From positions 1-56,081 of the forward strand of contig CAZHWC010000002.1 of NCBI GenBank assembly GCA_964535975.1: a stretch of DNA of 56,081 nt, in the 5' to 3' direction. Position numbers and translations under genes: made by a program. The notes under the pieces are model-generated. The model saw only the letters and a list, made by a program, of their open reading frames with translations. It did no database searches and had not been told where the DNA came from. Below, one piece after another: positions 31,003 to 42,380 of this stretch; the stretch's first letter is position 1; every line of letters begins with the position of its first letter. This DNA is from an uncultured Proteiniphilum sp. Lineage in GTDB: Bacteria; Bacteroidota; Bacteroidia; Bacteroidales; Dysgonomonadaceae.

Positions 31003-33546
31003 ATGATTGACCAAGAAGATAGAGTCATTAAGATTAACATCGAAGATGAAATGAAATCGGCATACATCGACTATTCGATGTCTGTTATTGTATCGCGTGC
31101 ATTACCTGACGTTAGAGATGGTTTTAAGCCTGTTCACAGACGAATACTTTTTGGTATGTCTGAATTGGGAAACTATTCGGATAAACCTCACAAGAAATCG
31201 GCAAGAATTGTCGGTGAAGTACTTGGTAAATACCACCCACACGGTGATTTATCTGTCTATAATGCTATGGTGCGTTTAGCGCAGACTTGGAGTATGCGAT
31301 ATACTCTTGTGGATGGGCAGGGTAATATGGGTAGTGTGGATGGCGATAGTCCGGCTGCAATGCGATATACCGAGGCACGATTAAATAAACTATCTGAAGA
31401 GATGCTTCGAGATATAGAAAAAGAGACTGTGGATTTTCAGTTAAACTTTGATGATACTCTTCAAGAGCCTACCGTTTTACCAACACGAATTCCAAATCTC
31501 CTTATTAATGGTGCTTCTGGCATTGCAGTAGGTATGGCAACTAATATGGCACCTCATAACTTGTCGGAAGTTATCGACGGCATCATTGAATATATAGATA
31601 ATAATGATATTACAATAGAGGAGTTAATGGCATTTGTTAAAGCTCCCGACTTCCCAACAGGTGGATACATTTATGGTTATAAGGGAGTACAGGATGCATT
31701 TGAGACTGGTAGAGGTCGTATTGTGATGAGAGGTAGGGCAGAGATTGAGTCTGAGAAAAATCATGATCAAATTATTATCTCTGAAATTCCTTATCTTGTT
31801 AATAAAGCTGATTTAATTAAGTCAATAGCAGACCTGGTTTCTGATAAAAAAATAGAAGGAATATCTAATGTAAACGATGAGTCTGATAGACAAGGTATGC
31901 GTATTGTTGTTGATGTTAAGCGTGATGCAAATGCAAATGTAGTGCTTAATATGCTTTACAGATATACAACATTACAATCATCTTTTAGTGTAAATAATAT
32001 TGCTTTGGTTAAAGGTCGCCCTATGCTACTTAATCTTAAGCAAATGATAGAGTTGTTTGTAGAGCATAGGCATGAAGTTGTTGTCAGAAGGACTAGGTTT
32101 GAGCTTCGAAAAGCTGAAGAGAGAGCCCATATCTTAGAAGGTCTTATTATTGCTTCTGATAATATTGATGAAGTAATCTCTATAATTCGTGGTTCTTCAA
32201 CTCCTCAAGAAGCAGTTCAGAGTTTGATGGCGCGATTTGGCTTAAGCGAGATTCAATCGCGTGCAATTGTTGAAATGAGATTAAGACAGCTTACTGGACT
32301 TGAGCAGAGTAAGTTGCGTGGTGAGTTTGACGAGATTCAGAAATTGATAGCTCATCTAAATAACATTCTTAATGATGAAGATTTACGAATGAAGATCATT
32401 AAAGATGAACTTATTGAGATTAAAGATAAGTTTGGTGATGATCGCAGATCAGAGATTGTGTATTCTTCTGAAGAGATGAATGCTGAAGACTTCTACTCTG
32501 ATGATGAGATGATTATTACAATTTCTCACATGGGATATATCAAGCGTACCCCTCTTAGTGATTTTAGAGCTCAAAATAGAGGTGGAGTAGGGGCTCGTGG
32601 TTCTCAAACCCGGGATGAGGATTTTGTTGAATATATCTATCCAGCTACTAATCATAACTATATGCTCTTTTTTACTCAAAAAGGAAAATGTTATTGGTTG
32701 AGAGTGTTTGAGATTCCTGAAGGTTCAAGAACTTCTCGAGGAAGAGCTGTACAAAATCTATTAAACATTGATTCTGATGATAGTATAACAGCTTTTATTC
32801 GTGTAAATACACTTGAAGATGAAGAATATATAAACTCTAATTATTTGATTTTTGCTACAGAACATGGATTTGTGAAAAAAACAGTATTAGAAGCTTATTC
32901 TCGTCCTCGTCAAAGTGGTGTGATGGCAATTGGATTGAGATCATTTGATAAAGTTGTAGCTGTTAGATTAACCGATGGTAATAAGGATATTATAATGTCC
33001 AATAAAAATGGTCGTGCAGTCAGATATAATGAAACAGACGTAAGACCAATGGGGCGTACTGCAAGCGGAGTAAAAGGTATGACCATAGATAAGAAGAATG
33101 ATTCTATTGTTGGCATGATAGCAATGGATTCCGATTCGACAGATTCAATACTTGTTGTATCTGAGCAGGGGTATGGAAAAAGAACTCTGCTAAATGATGA
33201 GGATGGGGAACCGGTTTACAGAGTTACAAGAAGGGGTGGTAAAGGTGTTAAGACCTTGAATATTACTGAAAAAACGGGTAAGTTAGTTTCAATTAAGAGC
33301 GTGACTGATGAGAATGACTTGATGATTATTAATAAGTCAGGTATAACTATTCGTCTAAATGTTTCTGATATTCGTATTTCTGGAAGAGCAACACAAGGGG
33401 TGAGATTGATTAATTTGGATAGAAGGAATGATGAGATTGCTTCAGTATGTAAGGTGAATTCAATAGATGAAGAGGAAGATAATATTGATTTGTCTGTAGA
33501 AAATATAGAAAATATCAACAATACAAAAGAAAACTCTGAGGAATAG
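31003..33546 (+). CDS. gyrA: DNA gyrase subunit A
   Basis: [22 protein letters not shown], GyrA-box QNRGGVG, beta-pinwheel C-terminus. Confidence 0.97.
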   Translation: MIDQEDRVIKINIEDEMKSAYIDYSMSVIVSRALPDVRDGFKPVHRRILFGMSELGNYSDKPHKKSARIVGEVLGKYHPHGDLSVYNAMVRLAQTWSMRYTLVDGQGNMGSVDGDSPAAMRYTEARLNKLSEEMLRDIEKETVDFQLNFDDTLQEPTVLPTRIPNLLINGASGIAVGMATNMAPHNLSEVIDGIIEYIDNNDITIEELMAFVKAPDFPTGGYIYGYKGVQDAFETGRGRIVMRGRAEIESEKNHDQIIISEIPYLVNKADLIKSIADLVSDKKIEGISNVNDESDRQGMRIVVDVKRDANANVVLNMLYRYTTLQSSFSVNNIALVKGRPMLLNLKQMIELFVEHRHEVVVRRTRFELRKAEERAHILEGLIIASDNIDEVISIIRGSSTPQEAVQSLMARFGLSEIQSRAIVEMRLRQLTGLEQSKLRGEFDEIQKLIAHLNNILNDEDLRMKIIKDELIEIKDKFGDDRRSEIVYSSEEMNAEDFYSDDEMIITISHMGYIKRTPLSDFRAQNRGGVGARGSQTRDEDFVEYIYPATNHNYMLFFTQKGKCYWLRVFEIPEGSRTSRGRAVQNLLNIDSDDSITAFIRVNTLEDEEYINSNYLIFATEHGFVKKTVLEAYSRPRQSGVMAIGLRSFDKVVAVRLTDGNKDIIMSNKNGRAVRYNETDVRPMGRTASGVKGMTIDKKNDSIVGMIAMDSDSTDSILVVSEQGYGKRTLLNDEDGEPVYRVTRRGGKGVKTLNITEKTGKLVSIKSVTDENDLMIINKSGITIRLNVSDIRISGRATQGVRLINLDRRNDEIASVCKVNSIDEEEDNIDLSVENIENINNTKENSEE

Positions 33547-33642
33547 CATCTTATTTTTAAACTATTTCTAACTTTACAGTCTATAAATAAATGTAACATC
33601 ATTAATTTTACGTACAATATTAATTTAAACAGAAATATAACA

Positions 33643-34923
33643 ATGAAAGTGATGAAAAAAATTTTATTCTTAACTACAGTAACTATTTTTGCTGCGTCTT
33701 CTATTTTCGCACAGAAGTCTGTTCTGCGAGATGCTAAAAGATCACTTGGAAGTAATGATCTTAAGGAGGCTCGTACTTTAATTAAACTAGCAATTGAGAA
33801 TGCCGAGACTGCTAATGAAGCTGAAACTTGGAAAATTTATGGAGACATTGGTGATAAGGAGTTTGATAATGAGAAAACAAATGAAATGCTAGGTAAATCA
33901 GCAAATGAAAAGGCTATGTATGATGGACTATTTGAGTCTTATATGCCTTATATTAAAGCTGATTCACTAGGTGAAATTCCTAATGCCAAAGGAAAAATTA
34001 AAAATAAATTTAGAAAAGAAATTCAAGGTAAATTAGTTGCAAATCATCAGTTTTACATTAATGGTGGTATCTATTATAATGATAAACATGAATATTCAAA
34101 GGCGACTGACTTTTTTGAAGTATACTGGAATATACCTACACTGACAATGTTCGACGGAATGAAAGATGCTTTTGTTCTTGATAGCACATATCAGACTATA
34201 AAGTATTATGCAATAATTACTGCAATTCAGGGTGAAGAGCATGATAGAGCATTGAGATTGCTGAAAAGAGCTGCTAATGAGCCTTTTATAGAAAATAGCG
34301 CATTTCAAGAAAGTGATTTGTATGAATTAATGGCAAGTGAATATATGCAACTTGGAGATACAACAAAGTATATAGAAACTTTGTATTCCGGAGCAGATAA
34401 GTTTCCTAAGAGCAAGTATTTTATTCCCAACCTGGTAAATGTTTTTATTCGTAACGGTGAAAACGATAAAGCTATGGAATATCTTGATAGTGCTATTAAA
34501 AATGACCCATCAAATGCTTGTGATCTAAACAGCGTCAAAGGTGCATTACTTGCAGAAAAAGGAGATTTTAAAGCAGCAGAACAGGAATATAGGAAAGCAC
34601 TGGAGCAAGATCCAAATTGTGAAAGAGCATTAGAGCAAATTGCTGTTAATTATATACTCCAGGCTCAAGATTTAAAAGAAGTAACTGCAACTATATCTGA
34701 TCGCAAAGAGCAACTGGAAAATGATAAAAAAACTATTGAGCTTTATGAGACTTCATTGCCTTTTTTAGAGAAGTTTGCTGCTTCTTTGAAAGAAAGAGCT
34801 GCAACTCAAACCGAATTGGATGGGGCTTTAATGAAGCTAAGGAATGTTTATTATAACTTAAGTATGATGGGTGTTGACAAATCATCAGAGCTTAAGGAAG
34901 TCGAAGAACAGTTAGGATTATAA
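33643..34923 (+). CDS. Exported tetratricopeptide-repeat protein
   Basis: Signal peptide ending FAQ; TPR-like helices (KAMEYLDSAIKNDP, AEQEYRKALEQDP). Confidence 0.82.
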   Translation: MKVMKKILFLTTVTIFAASSIFAQKSVLRDAKRSLGSNDLKEARTLIKLAIENAETANEAETWKIYGDIGDKEFDNEKTNEMLGKSANEKAMYDGLFESYMPYIKADSLGEIPNAKGKIKNKFRKEIQGKLVANHQFYINGGIYYNDKHEYSKATDFFEVYWNIPTLTMFDGMKDAFVLDSTYQTIKYYAIITAIQGEEHDRALRLLKRAANEPFIENSAFQESDLYELMASEYMQLGDTTKYIETLYSGADKFPKSKYFIPNLVNVFIRNGENDKAMEYLDSAIKNDPSNACDLNSVKGALLAEKGDFKAAEQEYRKALEQDPNCERALEQIAVNYILQAQDLKEVTATISDRKEQLENDKKTIELYETSLPFLEKFAASLKERAATQTELDGALMKLRNVYYNLSMMGVDKSSELKEVEEQLGL

Positions 34924-34953
34924 ATAACGTAAAGTCTTTGAAATACTTAAAAT

Positions 34954-34984
34954 GGGTAACTATATTATTAATAGTTGCCCTTTT
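34954..34984 (+). terminator. Intrinsic terminator after TPR gene
   Basis: GGGTAACTAT...ATAGTTGCCC plus TTTT. Confidence 0.75.
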
Positions 34985-35081
34985 GAATATTTATTTGTTC
35001 CGACCTGGTATTAAACTTTCAAAAAATGAAATTATTAAAGTGGGATAGTGTTATTTGATATATAATTATAATACAATAATA

Positions 35082-35109
35082 ATTAAACATAATGGTGATT
35101 ATGCTTAAA
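35082..35109 (-). other. dif: Candidate chromosomal dif site (XerC/XerD)
   Basis: Minus strand TTTAAGCATAA-TCACCA-TTATGTTTAAT: 11-6-11 layout, right arm 10/11 to E. coli XerD arm TTATGTTAAAT; intergenic, near the gene-orientation switch. Confidence 0.75.
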
Positions 35110-35297
35110 TTATAAATCTAGTATTTGTACCAAATCTAAGTCTTTTTTATTACTTTTGCAATAATAAAAAATATATTGATGTCGATTAAGACATTCTATT
35201 TTTTATTCAGCTATTTTGAAATAAACATTTTTGTGTTAATTGTCTATATTAAATATCATAGATATTTAGACCTCAATTAATTGTAAAAACAGTAATT

Positions 35298-36473
35298 ATG
35301 AGCAATAATCAAAGGTATATTCAGCGTGGAGTTTCTGCATCTAAAGAAGATGTTCATAACGCAATTAAGAACATTGATAAGGGGTTGTTTCCAAATTCTT
35401 TTTGTAAGATAATCCCGGATATTTTAGGCGGAGATCCAAATTATTGTAATATAATGCATGCTGATGGTGCTGGAACAAAGTCCTCTCTTGCGTATATATA
35501 TTGGCGTGAAACAGGTGATTTGTCTGTATGGAAAGGGATTGCGCAAGATGCTTTAATAATGAATATCGATGATTTGCTTTGTGTCGGTGCTACTGATGAT
35601 ATTTTGCTCTCTTCGACTATTGGACGTAATAAGAATCTAATCCCGGGTGAAGTGATTTCTGCAATAATTAATGGAACTAATGAACTTTGTGAAGAGTTGA
35701 GTTCCTTAGGTGTTAATGTTTACCCTACAGGTGGCGAAACTGCTGACGTAGGAGATGTTGTTCGCACTATAATTGTTGATAGCACTGTAGCATGCAGAAT
35801 GAAAAGAGAAGATGTGATAGATAATAATAACATCCAGGATGGAGATGTTATTGTTGGTTTATCTTCTTCAGGCCAAGCTACTTATGAGAAAGAATATAAT
35901 GGCGGAATGGGAAGCAATGGCCTAACATCTGCTCGCCATGATGTTTTTCATAATTATATTGTCAATAAATATCCTGAGAGCTTTGATAATTCTATTCCAT
36001 CAGAATTAGTTTATTCTGGTAAATTAAAACTTACAGACAATATTGATAAATTAGGAATTAATGCGGGAAAACTAGTCTTATCTCCTACCCGAACATATGC
36101 TCCTATTATTTCTGAAGTACTTAAAAGTATGAGAAAGGAAATACATGGTATGATTCATTGCTCTGGTGGTGCTCAGACAAAAATATTACACTTTTTAAAT
36201 GATAATTTTAGAGTGATTAAAGATAATATGTTTCCAGTACCTCCCTTATTTAGTATTATTCAGGAACAGTCAAATACTGATTGGAAAGAAATGTATAAGG
36301 TTTTTAATATGGGACACAGAATGGAGGTTTATCTTCCTGAAAAAAATGCACAGAAGGTTATTGATATATCAAAATCGTTTAATGTGGATGCTCAAATTGT
36401 AGGTCGCGTAGAAAAATCAAGAAATAAGGAATTAATAATTAAAAGCGAGTTTGGACTATTCGAGTACAAGTAA
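35298..36473 (+). CDS. purM: Phosphoribosylformylglycinamidine cyclo-ligase (Bacteroidetes type)
   Basis: HADGAGTK, GGETADVGD, GSNGLTSARHD, VFNMG; TACTTTTG promoter element at 35151. Confidence 0.92.
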   Translation: MSNNQRYIQRGVSASKEDVHNAIKNIDKGLFPNSFCKIIPDILGGDPNYCNIMHADGAGTKSSLAYIYWRETGDLSVWKGIAQDALIMNIDDLLCVGATDDILLSSTIGRNKNLIPGEVISAIINGTNELCEELSSLGVNVYPTGGETADVGDVVRTIIVDSTVACRMKREDVIDNNNIQDGDVIVGLSSSGQATYEKEYNGGMGSNGLTSARHDVFHNYIVNKYPESFDNSIPSELVYSGKLKLTDNIDKLGINAGKLVLSPTRTYAPIISEVLKSMRKEIHGMIHCSGGAQTKILHFLNDNFRVIKDNMFPVPPLFSIIQEQSNTDWKEMYKVFNMGHRMEVYLPEKNAQKVIDISKSFNVDAQIVGRVEKSRNKELIIKSEFGLFEYK

Positions 36474-36518
36474 TCTGTGTATTTATACTAAAAATATATA
36501 ATAAGGAATTTTAAATAT

Positions 36519-37604
36519 ATGTCGGAAAGCTCACTATTAGAAAAATTAAATTATCTAGTAACTAGATTTGATGAAATAGGAACATTAATAACTGATCCAG
36601 AGGTTATTAGTGATATGAAGAGGTTTGTAAAATTAAATAAAGAATATAGTGAACTTCATAAAATTGTCGACGCTAGAAACGAATACAAGAATGCATTGGA
36701 TGCAATCGAAGAAGCTAAGATTATTTTAGATAATGAGAGTGACTCAGATCTTAGAATGTTGGCAAATGATGATTTATCTGTAAATCAGGAAAAAATTCCC
36801 TTTCTAGAAGAAAAAATAAAGCTTTTATTAATCCCTGCTGATCCGGAAGATGGTAAGAATGTAATAATGGAAATAAGAGGAGGAACTGGTGGAGACGAAG
36901 CATCAATCTTTGCAGGGGATTTATTTAAGATGTACTCAAAATATTGTGAAGATAAAGGTTGGCAAACAGAAATTACAAGCTTTACAGAAGGTACAGCCGG
37001 TGGTTTTAAGGAGATTATATTTAAAGTATCAGGAAATGATATTTATGGTACTCTTAAATATGAATCTGGTGTGCATCGTGTTCAAAGAGTTCCGCAAACT
37101 GAGACACAAGGACGAGTACATACATCAGCAGCAACTGTTGCCGTTTTACCCGAAGCAGAGGAGTTTGATATTGAAATTAACCCGGCAGATATAGAAGTGC
37201 AAACTGCACGCTCTAGCGGAGCAGGTGGTCAGCATGTTAATAAAGTTGAGACGAAGGTTCAGTTAACTCATAAGCCTACAGGTATAGTTATTGTTTGCCA
37301 AGCTGGTCGTTCGCAAGTACAAAATAGAGAAACGGCTATGCAGATGCTTAGAGCAAAATTGTACGATATTGAATTAACTAAACGTGTTGGCGATATAGCT
37401 TCTAGGAGAAAAACACTTGTCTCAACGGGAGATAGATCTGCCAAAATTCGTACATATAACTATCCTCAAGGACGAATAACTGATCACAGAATAAATTATA
37501 CATCGTATAATTTATCTGCATTTATGGATGGTGATATTCAAGATGTTATTGATCAACTAATCATAACAGAGAATGCAGAGAAAATGAAGGAAGCTGAAAT
37601 TTAA
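36519..37604 (+). CDS. prfA: Peptide chain release factor 1
   Basis: PQT (PxT) specificity motif, GGQ motif, RTYNYPQGR. Confidence 0.97.
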   Translation: MSESSLLEKLNYLVTRFDEIGTLITDPEVISDMKRFVKLNKEYSELHKIVDARNEYKNALDAIEEAKIILDNESDSDLRMLANDDLSVNQEKIPFLEEKIKLLLIPADPEDGKNVIMEIRGGTGGDEASIFAGDLFKMYSKYCEDKGWQTEITSFTEGTAGGFKEIIFKVSGNDIYGTLKYESGVHRVQRVPQTETQGRVHTSAATVAVLPEAEEFDIEINPADIEVQTARSSGAGGQHVNKVETKVQLTHKPTGIVIVCQAGRSQVQNRETAMQMLRAKLYDIELTKRVGDIASRRKTLVSTGDRSAKIRTYNYPQGRITDHRINYTSYNLSAFMDGDIQDVIDQLIITENAEKMKEAEI

Positions 37605-37649
37605 TATTTTATATCCTCAAAAAAGGCTAAATCAAACTAAGTATAAGCA

Positions 37650-38474
37650 ATGACAAAAAAAGAACTTTTTGAACAAATAATAAAGAAACAATCTTTCCTA
37701 TGTATAGGACTAGATACAGACATAAAAAAAATACCTGATTATCTTTTAGATAAAGAAGATCCAATTTATTCTTTCAATAAAGAAATAATTGATAAAACAG
37801 CAAAGTTTTGTGTCGCATTTAAGCCTAATCTCGCATTCTATGAGAGTCAGGGATTAAAAGGTTGGCTTGCTTTTGAAAAGACTGTTGCTTATATAAAACA
37901 AAGATATCCGGAAATATTTATAATTGCCGATGCTAAGCGCGGAGATATAGGAAATACAAGCGAAATGTATGCGCATACATTTTTTGACACGGCGAAAGTT
38001 GATGCTGTAACTGTTGCTCCATATATGGGAGAAGACAGTGTTACTCCTTTTCTAAGCTATGAAAATAAATGGATTATACTTCTAGCTTTAACTAGTAATA
38101 AAGGATCTAATGATTTTCAATTTATTGAAGATAGAAATGGAGAAAGACTATTTGAGAAAGTTATTAAAACATCTCAGAAGTGGGCAAATGATAATCAGAT
38201 GATGTATGTCGTAGGTGCTACACAAGGAAGAATGTTTGAAGATATAAGAAAGGTTGCCCCAACTCATTTTCTATTGGTGCCCGGTGTGGGAGCACAAGGT
38301 GGTTCACTTGAAGATGTGTGTAAATATGGCATGAATAATGAATGTGGATTATTGGTAAATTCTTCTAGAGCAATTATTTATGCAAGTAATTCAGATGATT
38401 TTGCTTTTAGGGCTGCAGAGGAAGCAAAAAAAATACAGGAAGAAATGGCAGAAATGCTTAAAAAGTATATGTAA
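37650..38474 (+). CDS. pyrF: Orotidine-5'-phosphate decarboxylase
   Basis: [30 protein letters not shown]. Confidence 0.96.
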   Translation: MTKKELFEQIIKKQSFLCIGLDTDIKKIPDYLLDKEDPIYSFNKEIIDKTAKFCVAFKPNLAFYESQGLKGWLAFEKTVAYIKQRYPEIFIIADAKRGDIGNTSEMYAHTFFDTAKVDAVTVAPYMGEDSVTPFLSYENKWIILLALTSNKGSNDFQFIEDRNGERLFEKVIKTSQKWANDNQMMYVVGATQGRMFEDIRKVAPTHFLLVPGVGAQGGSLEDVCKYGMNNECGLLVNSSRAIIYASNSDDFAFRAAEEAKKIQEEMAEMLKKYM

Positions 38475-38504
38475 GCTTTATAAGGCTAATAGATTAAATA
38501 GTTT

Positions 38505-38537
38505 GGGGTGAATCACAATGTGATTTCACCCCTTTTT
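38505..38537. terminator. Bidirectional hairpin terminator between pyrF and methyltransferase
   Basis: GGGGTGAATCAC-AAT-GTGATTTCACCCC plus T5. Confidence 0.8.
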
Positions 38538-38573
38538 AAATGTCTATACTATAGCCTTCAGCTATCTTATCAT

Positions 38574-39764
38574 TTATATCTTATTGCATATAATCCAAGT
38601 CTTATTATTTGGTTCTAATGTTGTTGCAAAAATATAAGTGTCACCCCCGTCTTTTAAGTTTGTAATCTTTCTAATTTTTGAAACACTATCCGGGTAATTT
38701 CGGACTGTAATATTAGCTTTATTTATTTCAGACAAATAACGTTTTATATTGTTTTTGTTGGGTGTAAAATAATTCTTAACCTCGAATCGTCTTCCCGGGA
38801 AGTTCTCAATTAGTTTATTTGATGAGTATAGATGACTATTAGGATGCAATTTGTCTAAATTAAAATCATTTGATATACTTTTAAATGCCCCTGCCTTTAG
38901 AATAGACGCATTTGGTTCGTACAAATATTTAAATACTATATTTGAATAAGGAATATTCAATTTTATTTCATCATCATAAACAAATGAAAATTCTTCATTA
39001 ATCATGTTCTTCTTGATATTGATAGTCTTATAGACTATTGGCTTATTTGTTTCTGTAATGACGAATAAAACCTCTTTACACTCATTATCAACAGATACAA
39101 TATTAACTTCCGAAACTCCTTTTAATTTTTTCAATGCTGATGATATGTCAAGCATTGGAGAAAATTTAATTATTATCTTTTTTGCCTTTGATATTAATGT
39201 GTCTTGTATTTCGGATATATTCGGAGTACAGTCTTCAATTCTGAATACTTTATTGCCCAAATTATCCCGCCTTGCAGGATCAATAAATATAGTATCAGCG
39301 GATAATATATATTCAATAAATTCTTCAGACTTAGCATTGACAACACTATAATTGTTTAACCCTAATGCTTTAAAATTATGTTTAGCTATATCACATAGTT
39401 CTGAATTTTGTTCAACATATGTTGCTTTTTGAACTTTCTTAGCAAAATAAAAAAAGTCAACACCCAGCCCCCCAGTTAAATCTATTAAATAATTATCATC
39501 CTTATTAATAAGTGATGTTTTATACATGGCCGTTTCATACGAAGATGCTTGTTCGATCGAAAGATGTATTGGATAAATAATTTCATTATTTTGGTACCAT
39601 TCTGGAATTTTCTTTTTTGATAATCTCCTGCCAAGAATCTGATTTAATATGAAGTTTGATCTCTCCTTTCCTATCTTTCTATTGCTTAAGGTTATAGCAA
39701 TATCTGTAATACTAAGATCTTCATTTTTTGAGATGAACTCTTTGTCTTCTTGTGATAAAAACAT
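38574..39764 (-). CDS. Class I SAM-dependent methyltransferase with C-terminal THUMP-like domain
   Basis: IDLTGGLGVD SAM motif, FIDPARR, YLYEPNASILKAG; start moved to ATG 39764. Confidence 0.85.
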   Translation of the reverse strand: MFLSQEDKEFISKNEDLSITDIAITLSNRKIGKERSNFILNQILGRRLSKKKIPEWYQNNEIIYPIHLSIEQASSYETAMYKTSLINKDDNYLIDLTGGLGVDFFYFAKKVQKATYVEQNSELCDIAKHNFKALGLNNYSVVNAKSEEFIEYILSADTIFIDPARRDNLGNKVFRIEDCTPNISEIQDTLISKAKKIIIKFSPMLDISSALKKLKGVSEVNIVSVDNECKEVLFVITETNKPIVYKTINIKKNMINEEFSFVYDDEIKLNIPYSNIVFKYLYEPNASILKAGAFKSISNDFNLDKLHPNSHLYSSNKLIENFPGRRFEVKNYFTPNKNNIKRYLSEINKANITVRNYPDSVSKIRKITNLKDGGDTYIFATTLEPNNKTWIICNKI

Positions 39765-39848
39765 CAGATTAAAAAATATATTAATGATAAAAATAGGCTG
39801 TGTCAAAAAAGCCTTCGAGAATTGAATACTTGGCAGGAGTATGTATAG

Positions 39849-39884
39849 AAAGAGGGTGAAATCACATCGTGATACACCCTCTTT
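39849..39884 (-). terminator. Hairpin terminator after rpmA
   Basis: AAAGAGGGTG..ATCAC-ATC-GTGAT..CACCCTCTTT. Confidence 0.75.
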
Positions 39885-39947
39885 AATCAACTAAAAAAAA
39901 TATAATTTTATGGATATTATATTATCCTTTATTTTGTTAGGATATAA

Positions 39948-40211
39948 CTACGCTTCTGCATTAGGAAGTACTGATACAAATGAGCGGTTATTATGACGCT
40001 TACGGAATTCTACAGTACCATCTATTAATGCAAAAAGAGTATGGTCTTTACCAATACCAACATTTTCACCTGGATGATGAGCTGTTCCACGTTGACGAAC
40101 AATTATGTTGCCAGCTTTTACCACTTCACCACCAAATATTTTAACGCCTAATCGTTTACTATGCGATTCGCGACCGTTCTTTGAACTACCTACACCTTTC
40201 TTATGTGCCAT
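39948..40211 (-). CDS. rpmA: 50S ribosomal protein L27
   Basis: [22 protein letters not shown]. Confidence 0.98.
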   Translation of the reverse strand: MAHKKGVGSSKNGRESHSKRLGVKIFGGEVVKAGNIIVRQRGTAHHPGENVGIGKDHTLFALIDGTVEFRKRHNNRSFVSVLPNAEA

Positions 40212-40233
40212 TTTCTTCTAATTTTTAAAATGA

Positions 40234-40545
40234 TTAAGCAATAATTTCTTTAACTCTGATTTGAGAAAATTGTTGACGATGTCCATTCAATTTTCTATAA
40301 CCTTTTCTTCTTTTCTTTTTGAATACAAGAACTTTATCACCTTTCACATGTGATAGAACTTCAGCAACAACTTTAGCACCTTCAATTACTGGTGTCCCAA
40401 CTTGAATATTACCATCGTTATCGATGAGCATTACTTTTTCAAACTCCACTGTACTACCTTCATCGGCGTTAATTCTGTGGACAAATACTTTTTGGTCTTG
40501 TTGCAATTTGAATTGCTGACCCTGGATATCTACTATTACGTACAT
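40234..40545 (-). CDS. rplU: 50S ribosomal protein L21
   Basis: [22 protein letters not shown]. Confidence 0.98.
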   Translation of the reverse strand: MYVIVDIQGQQFKLQQDQKVFVHRINADEGSTVEFEKVMLIDNDGNIQVGTPVIEGAKVVAEVLSHVKGDKVLVFKKKRRKGYRKLNGHRQQFSQIRVKEIIA

Positions 40546-40746
40546 ATTATATAAATAACTATTTAGTTATTACCTTAGGCGAGTCGTAAAATACGACTTC
40601 TTTTTTGGCCCTTCGGCAAATTAGGATGCAAAATTACAATATTTAATTGTAAAGAGCAAATTAATAACTGGTTAATCACACTATTGTTATTTTAAAGTGT
40701 AGGAAGTTTTTTGAGAGTAAATAAACTATCTCTATTAACTTATTTG

Positions 40747-40782
40747 AAAAGAGACAACTATGCTAGCATAATTGTCTCTTTT
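40747..40782 (-). terminator. Terminator downstream of tRNA-Ala
   Basis: AAAAGAGACAACTATGC-TA-GCATAATTGTCTCTTTT near-perfect palindrome. Confidence 0.8.
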
Positions 40783-40822
40783 ATTGTTTTTCGAATAATT
40801 GGTAATTTAGAATTTAAAATTG

Positions 40823-40896
40823 TGGAGAATATCGGACTCGAACCGATCACCTTTTGACTGCCAGTCAAACGCTCTAGCCAGATGAGCTAATCCCCC
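40823..40896 (-). tRNA. tRNA-Ala(GGC), CCA not encoded
   Basis: GGGGGATTAGCTCATCTGGCTAGAGCGTTTGACTGGCAGTCAAAAGGTGATCGGTTCGAGTCCGATATTCTCCA; GGC anticodon, G3:U70; minus-strand TATCTTTG at 40920-40927. Confidence 0.96.
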
Positions 40897-40984
40897 GTTT
40901 ACCTCAAAAATTTACTTTGCAAAGATACAGTTTTTAATTAAATTTGCAAAGATAATTAGAGAGTAATTTAAAAGTATAAATGTA

Positions 40985-41293
40985 ATGTTTATTTATAATA
41001 CAACTTTTATTGTTGAAAAGATACTAAACAATCAATTCCTTGATTTTCTAAGTAAAGAGTACATTCCTAAAGCGCTAAGCAATAATTATATTGATGAACC
41101 AAGATTGTCGTTGATTCATGTTAGTAATGAAGAAGGAGGTCTTTCGTATGCCTTGGAGTTTAAAGTTACTAACATTGAATTATTAGAAACTTGGAATATT
41201 GAGATTGGAAAGGAGCTTAATCTTTTATTGATGACAAAGTTTAGACAGCGAGTTTTGAGTTTCTCAACAATTTTACAACCCATACACTTATGA
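40985..41293 (+). CDS. DUF4286-like conserved Bacteroidetes protein
   Basis: IYNTTF N-terminus, SYALEF, ~100 aa, overlaps ruvC start. Confidence 0.75.
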   Translation: MFIYNTTFIVEKILNNQFLDFLSKEYIPKALSNNYIDEPRLSLIHVSNEEGGLSYALEFKVTNIELLETWNIEIGKELNLLLMTKFRQRVLSFSTILQPIHL

Positions 41294-41865
41294 AGGAAGA
41301 AATAATAAAAGAGAGAATTATAATGGGAATTGATCCAGGAACACATATTATGGGATATGGTATTATTAAGATTACAAACAATAAACCCTCGTTACAAAAC
41401 ATGGGAGTTATAAAACTTAATAAATTTGAGGACCATTATATTAGACTATCAAGGATATATTCAAGAGTATTAGGTTTAATTGAAGAGTATTATCCAGACG
41501 AATTAGCTATTGAAGCACCTTTTTATGGTAAAAATGTACAAAGCATGCTAAAGCTTGGGCGAGCACAAGGTGTTGCCATGGCTGCGGCAATCTCAAGAGA
41601 TATCCCAATCTTTGAATATGCTCCACTTAAAATAAAAATGTCCATAACTGGAAATGGTCGAGCAGCAAAGGAACAAGTAGCCTATATGTTGCAGAAGATT
41701 TTAAAAATTCCAAATGAAAATATGTTGCCATATCTTGATGCTACCGATGGTGTTGCAGCTGCATTATGTCATTTCTATCAATCTCAGGATATAAAACATG
41801 AAGGAACTAAATTTAAAAATTGGAAAGATTTTGCTTTGAATAATCAAGATAGGATAAAGAAATAG
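41290..41865 (+). CDS. ruvC: Holliday junction resolvase RuvC
   Basis: MGIDPGT..MGYG, AIEAPF, LGRAQG, DATD..AAALCH. Confidence 0.96.
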   Translation: MKEEIIKERIIMGIDPGTHIMGYGIIKITNNKPSLQNMGVIKLNKFEDHYIRLSRIYSRVLGLIEEYYPDELAIEAPFYGKNVQSMLKLGRAQGVAMAAAISRDIPIFEYAPLKIKMSITGNGRAAKEQVAYMLQKILKIPNENMLPYLDATDGVAAALCHFYQSQDIKHEGTKFKNWKDFALNNQDRIKK

Positions 41866-41875
41866 ATTTGCAACA

Positions 41876-42334
41876 TTATTTTTCCATGACAAATGTTTCA
41901 AATGTATTGTCATCGTAATAAATAATTATTTGCTTAATTTTCTTAGCATATGCTTTCTGCATAGCATTTACCTCTATACTAGATAGTTGGGAGGCCTTTT
42001 TTATCATGTTAACCTTAGTTTCCTGAATATCTACAGAATTCCTAGAGCTATCTATTGTTTTTGAGTCATCTACATCAAATAAATCCCTATCTTTATGAAG
42101 GGATTGCTGGTCGTATCCCTCAGCATACATTTGCCCTACTCCATTTATTAGCCAAGATGGATTAATGTGTGGCATGTCTGCAAGAATTTTTGACACTACA
42201 TCCAAACTTGGATTATTTCTACCATTCAATATGTGAGAAATAACTGCTCGATTAATTTGCAATGAGTCTGCAAATTGTGCAGGTGTCATTTCCTCATTTT
42301 CCATTATATTTTTTATCCTATCCTTCATTTCCAT
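41876..42334 (-). CDS. XRE/Cro-C1 helix-turn-helix protein with short C-terminal beta-hairpin-like motif
   Basis: AQFADSLQINRAVISHILNGRNNPS...WLINGVG; low-complexity linker; KIKQIIIYYDDNTFETF; ATG at 42334 or 42328. Confidence 0.88.
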   Translation of the reverse strand: MEMKDRIKNIMENEEMTPAQFADSLQINRAVISHILNGRNNPSLDVVSKILADMPHINPSWLINGVGQMYAEGYDQQSLHKDRDLFDVDDSKTIDSSRNSVDIQETKVNMIKKASQLSSIEVNAMQKAYAKKIKQIIIYYDDNTFETFVMEK

Positions 42335-42380
42335 ATTACTTGCCAATCATTGAATAAATATACATTCCACATTTTAATCA

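Noticed and set aside
35266-35275. TTAGACCTCA match to the 14.5-kb repeat core upstream of purM
   Set aside because: Only 10 bp with no flanking similarity; could be chance
40823-40896. Integration hotspot at tRNA-Ala
   Set aside because: No integrase or duplicated tRNA 3' end seen; followed by a terminator and rplU
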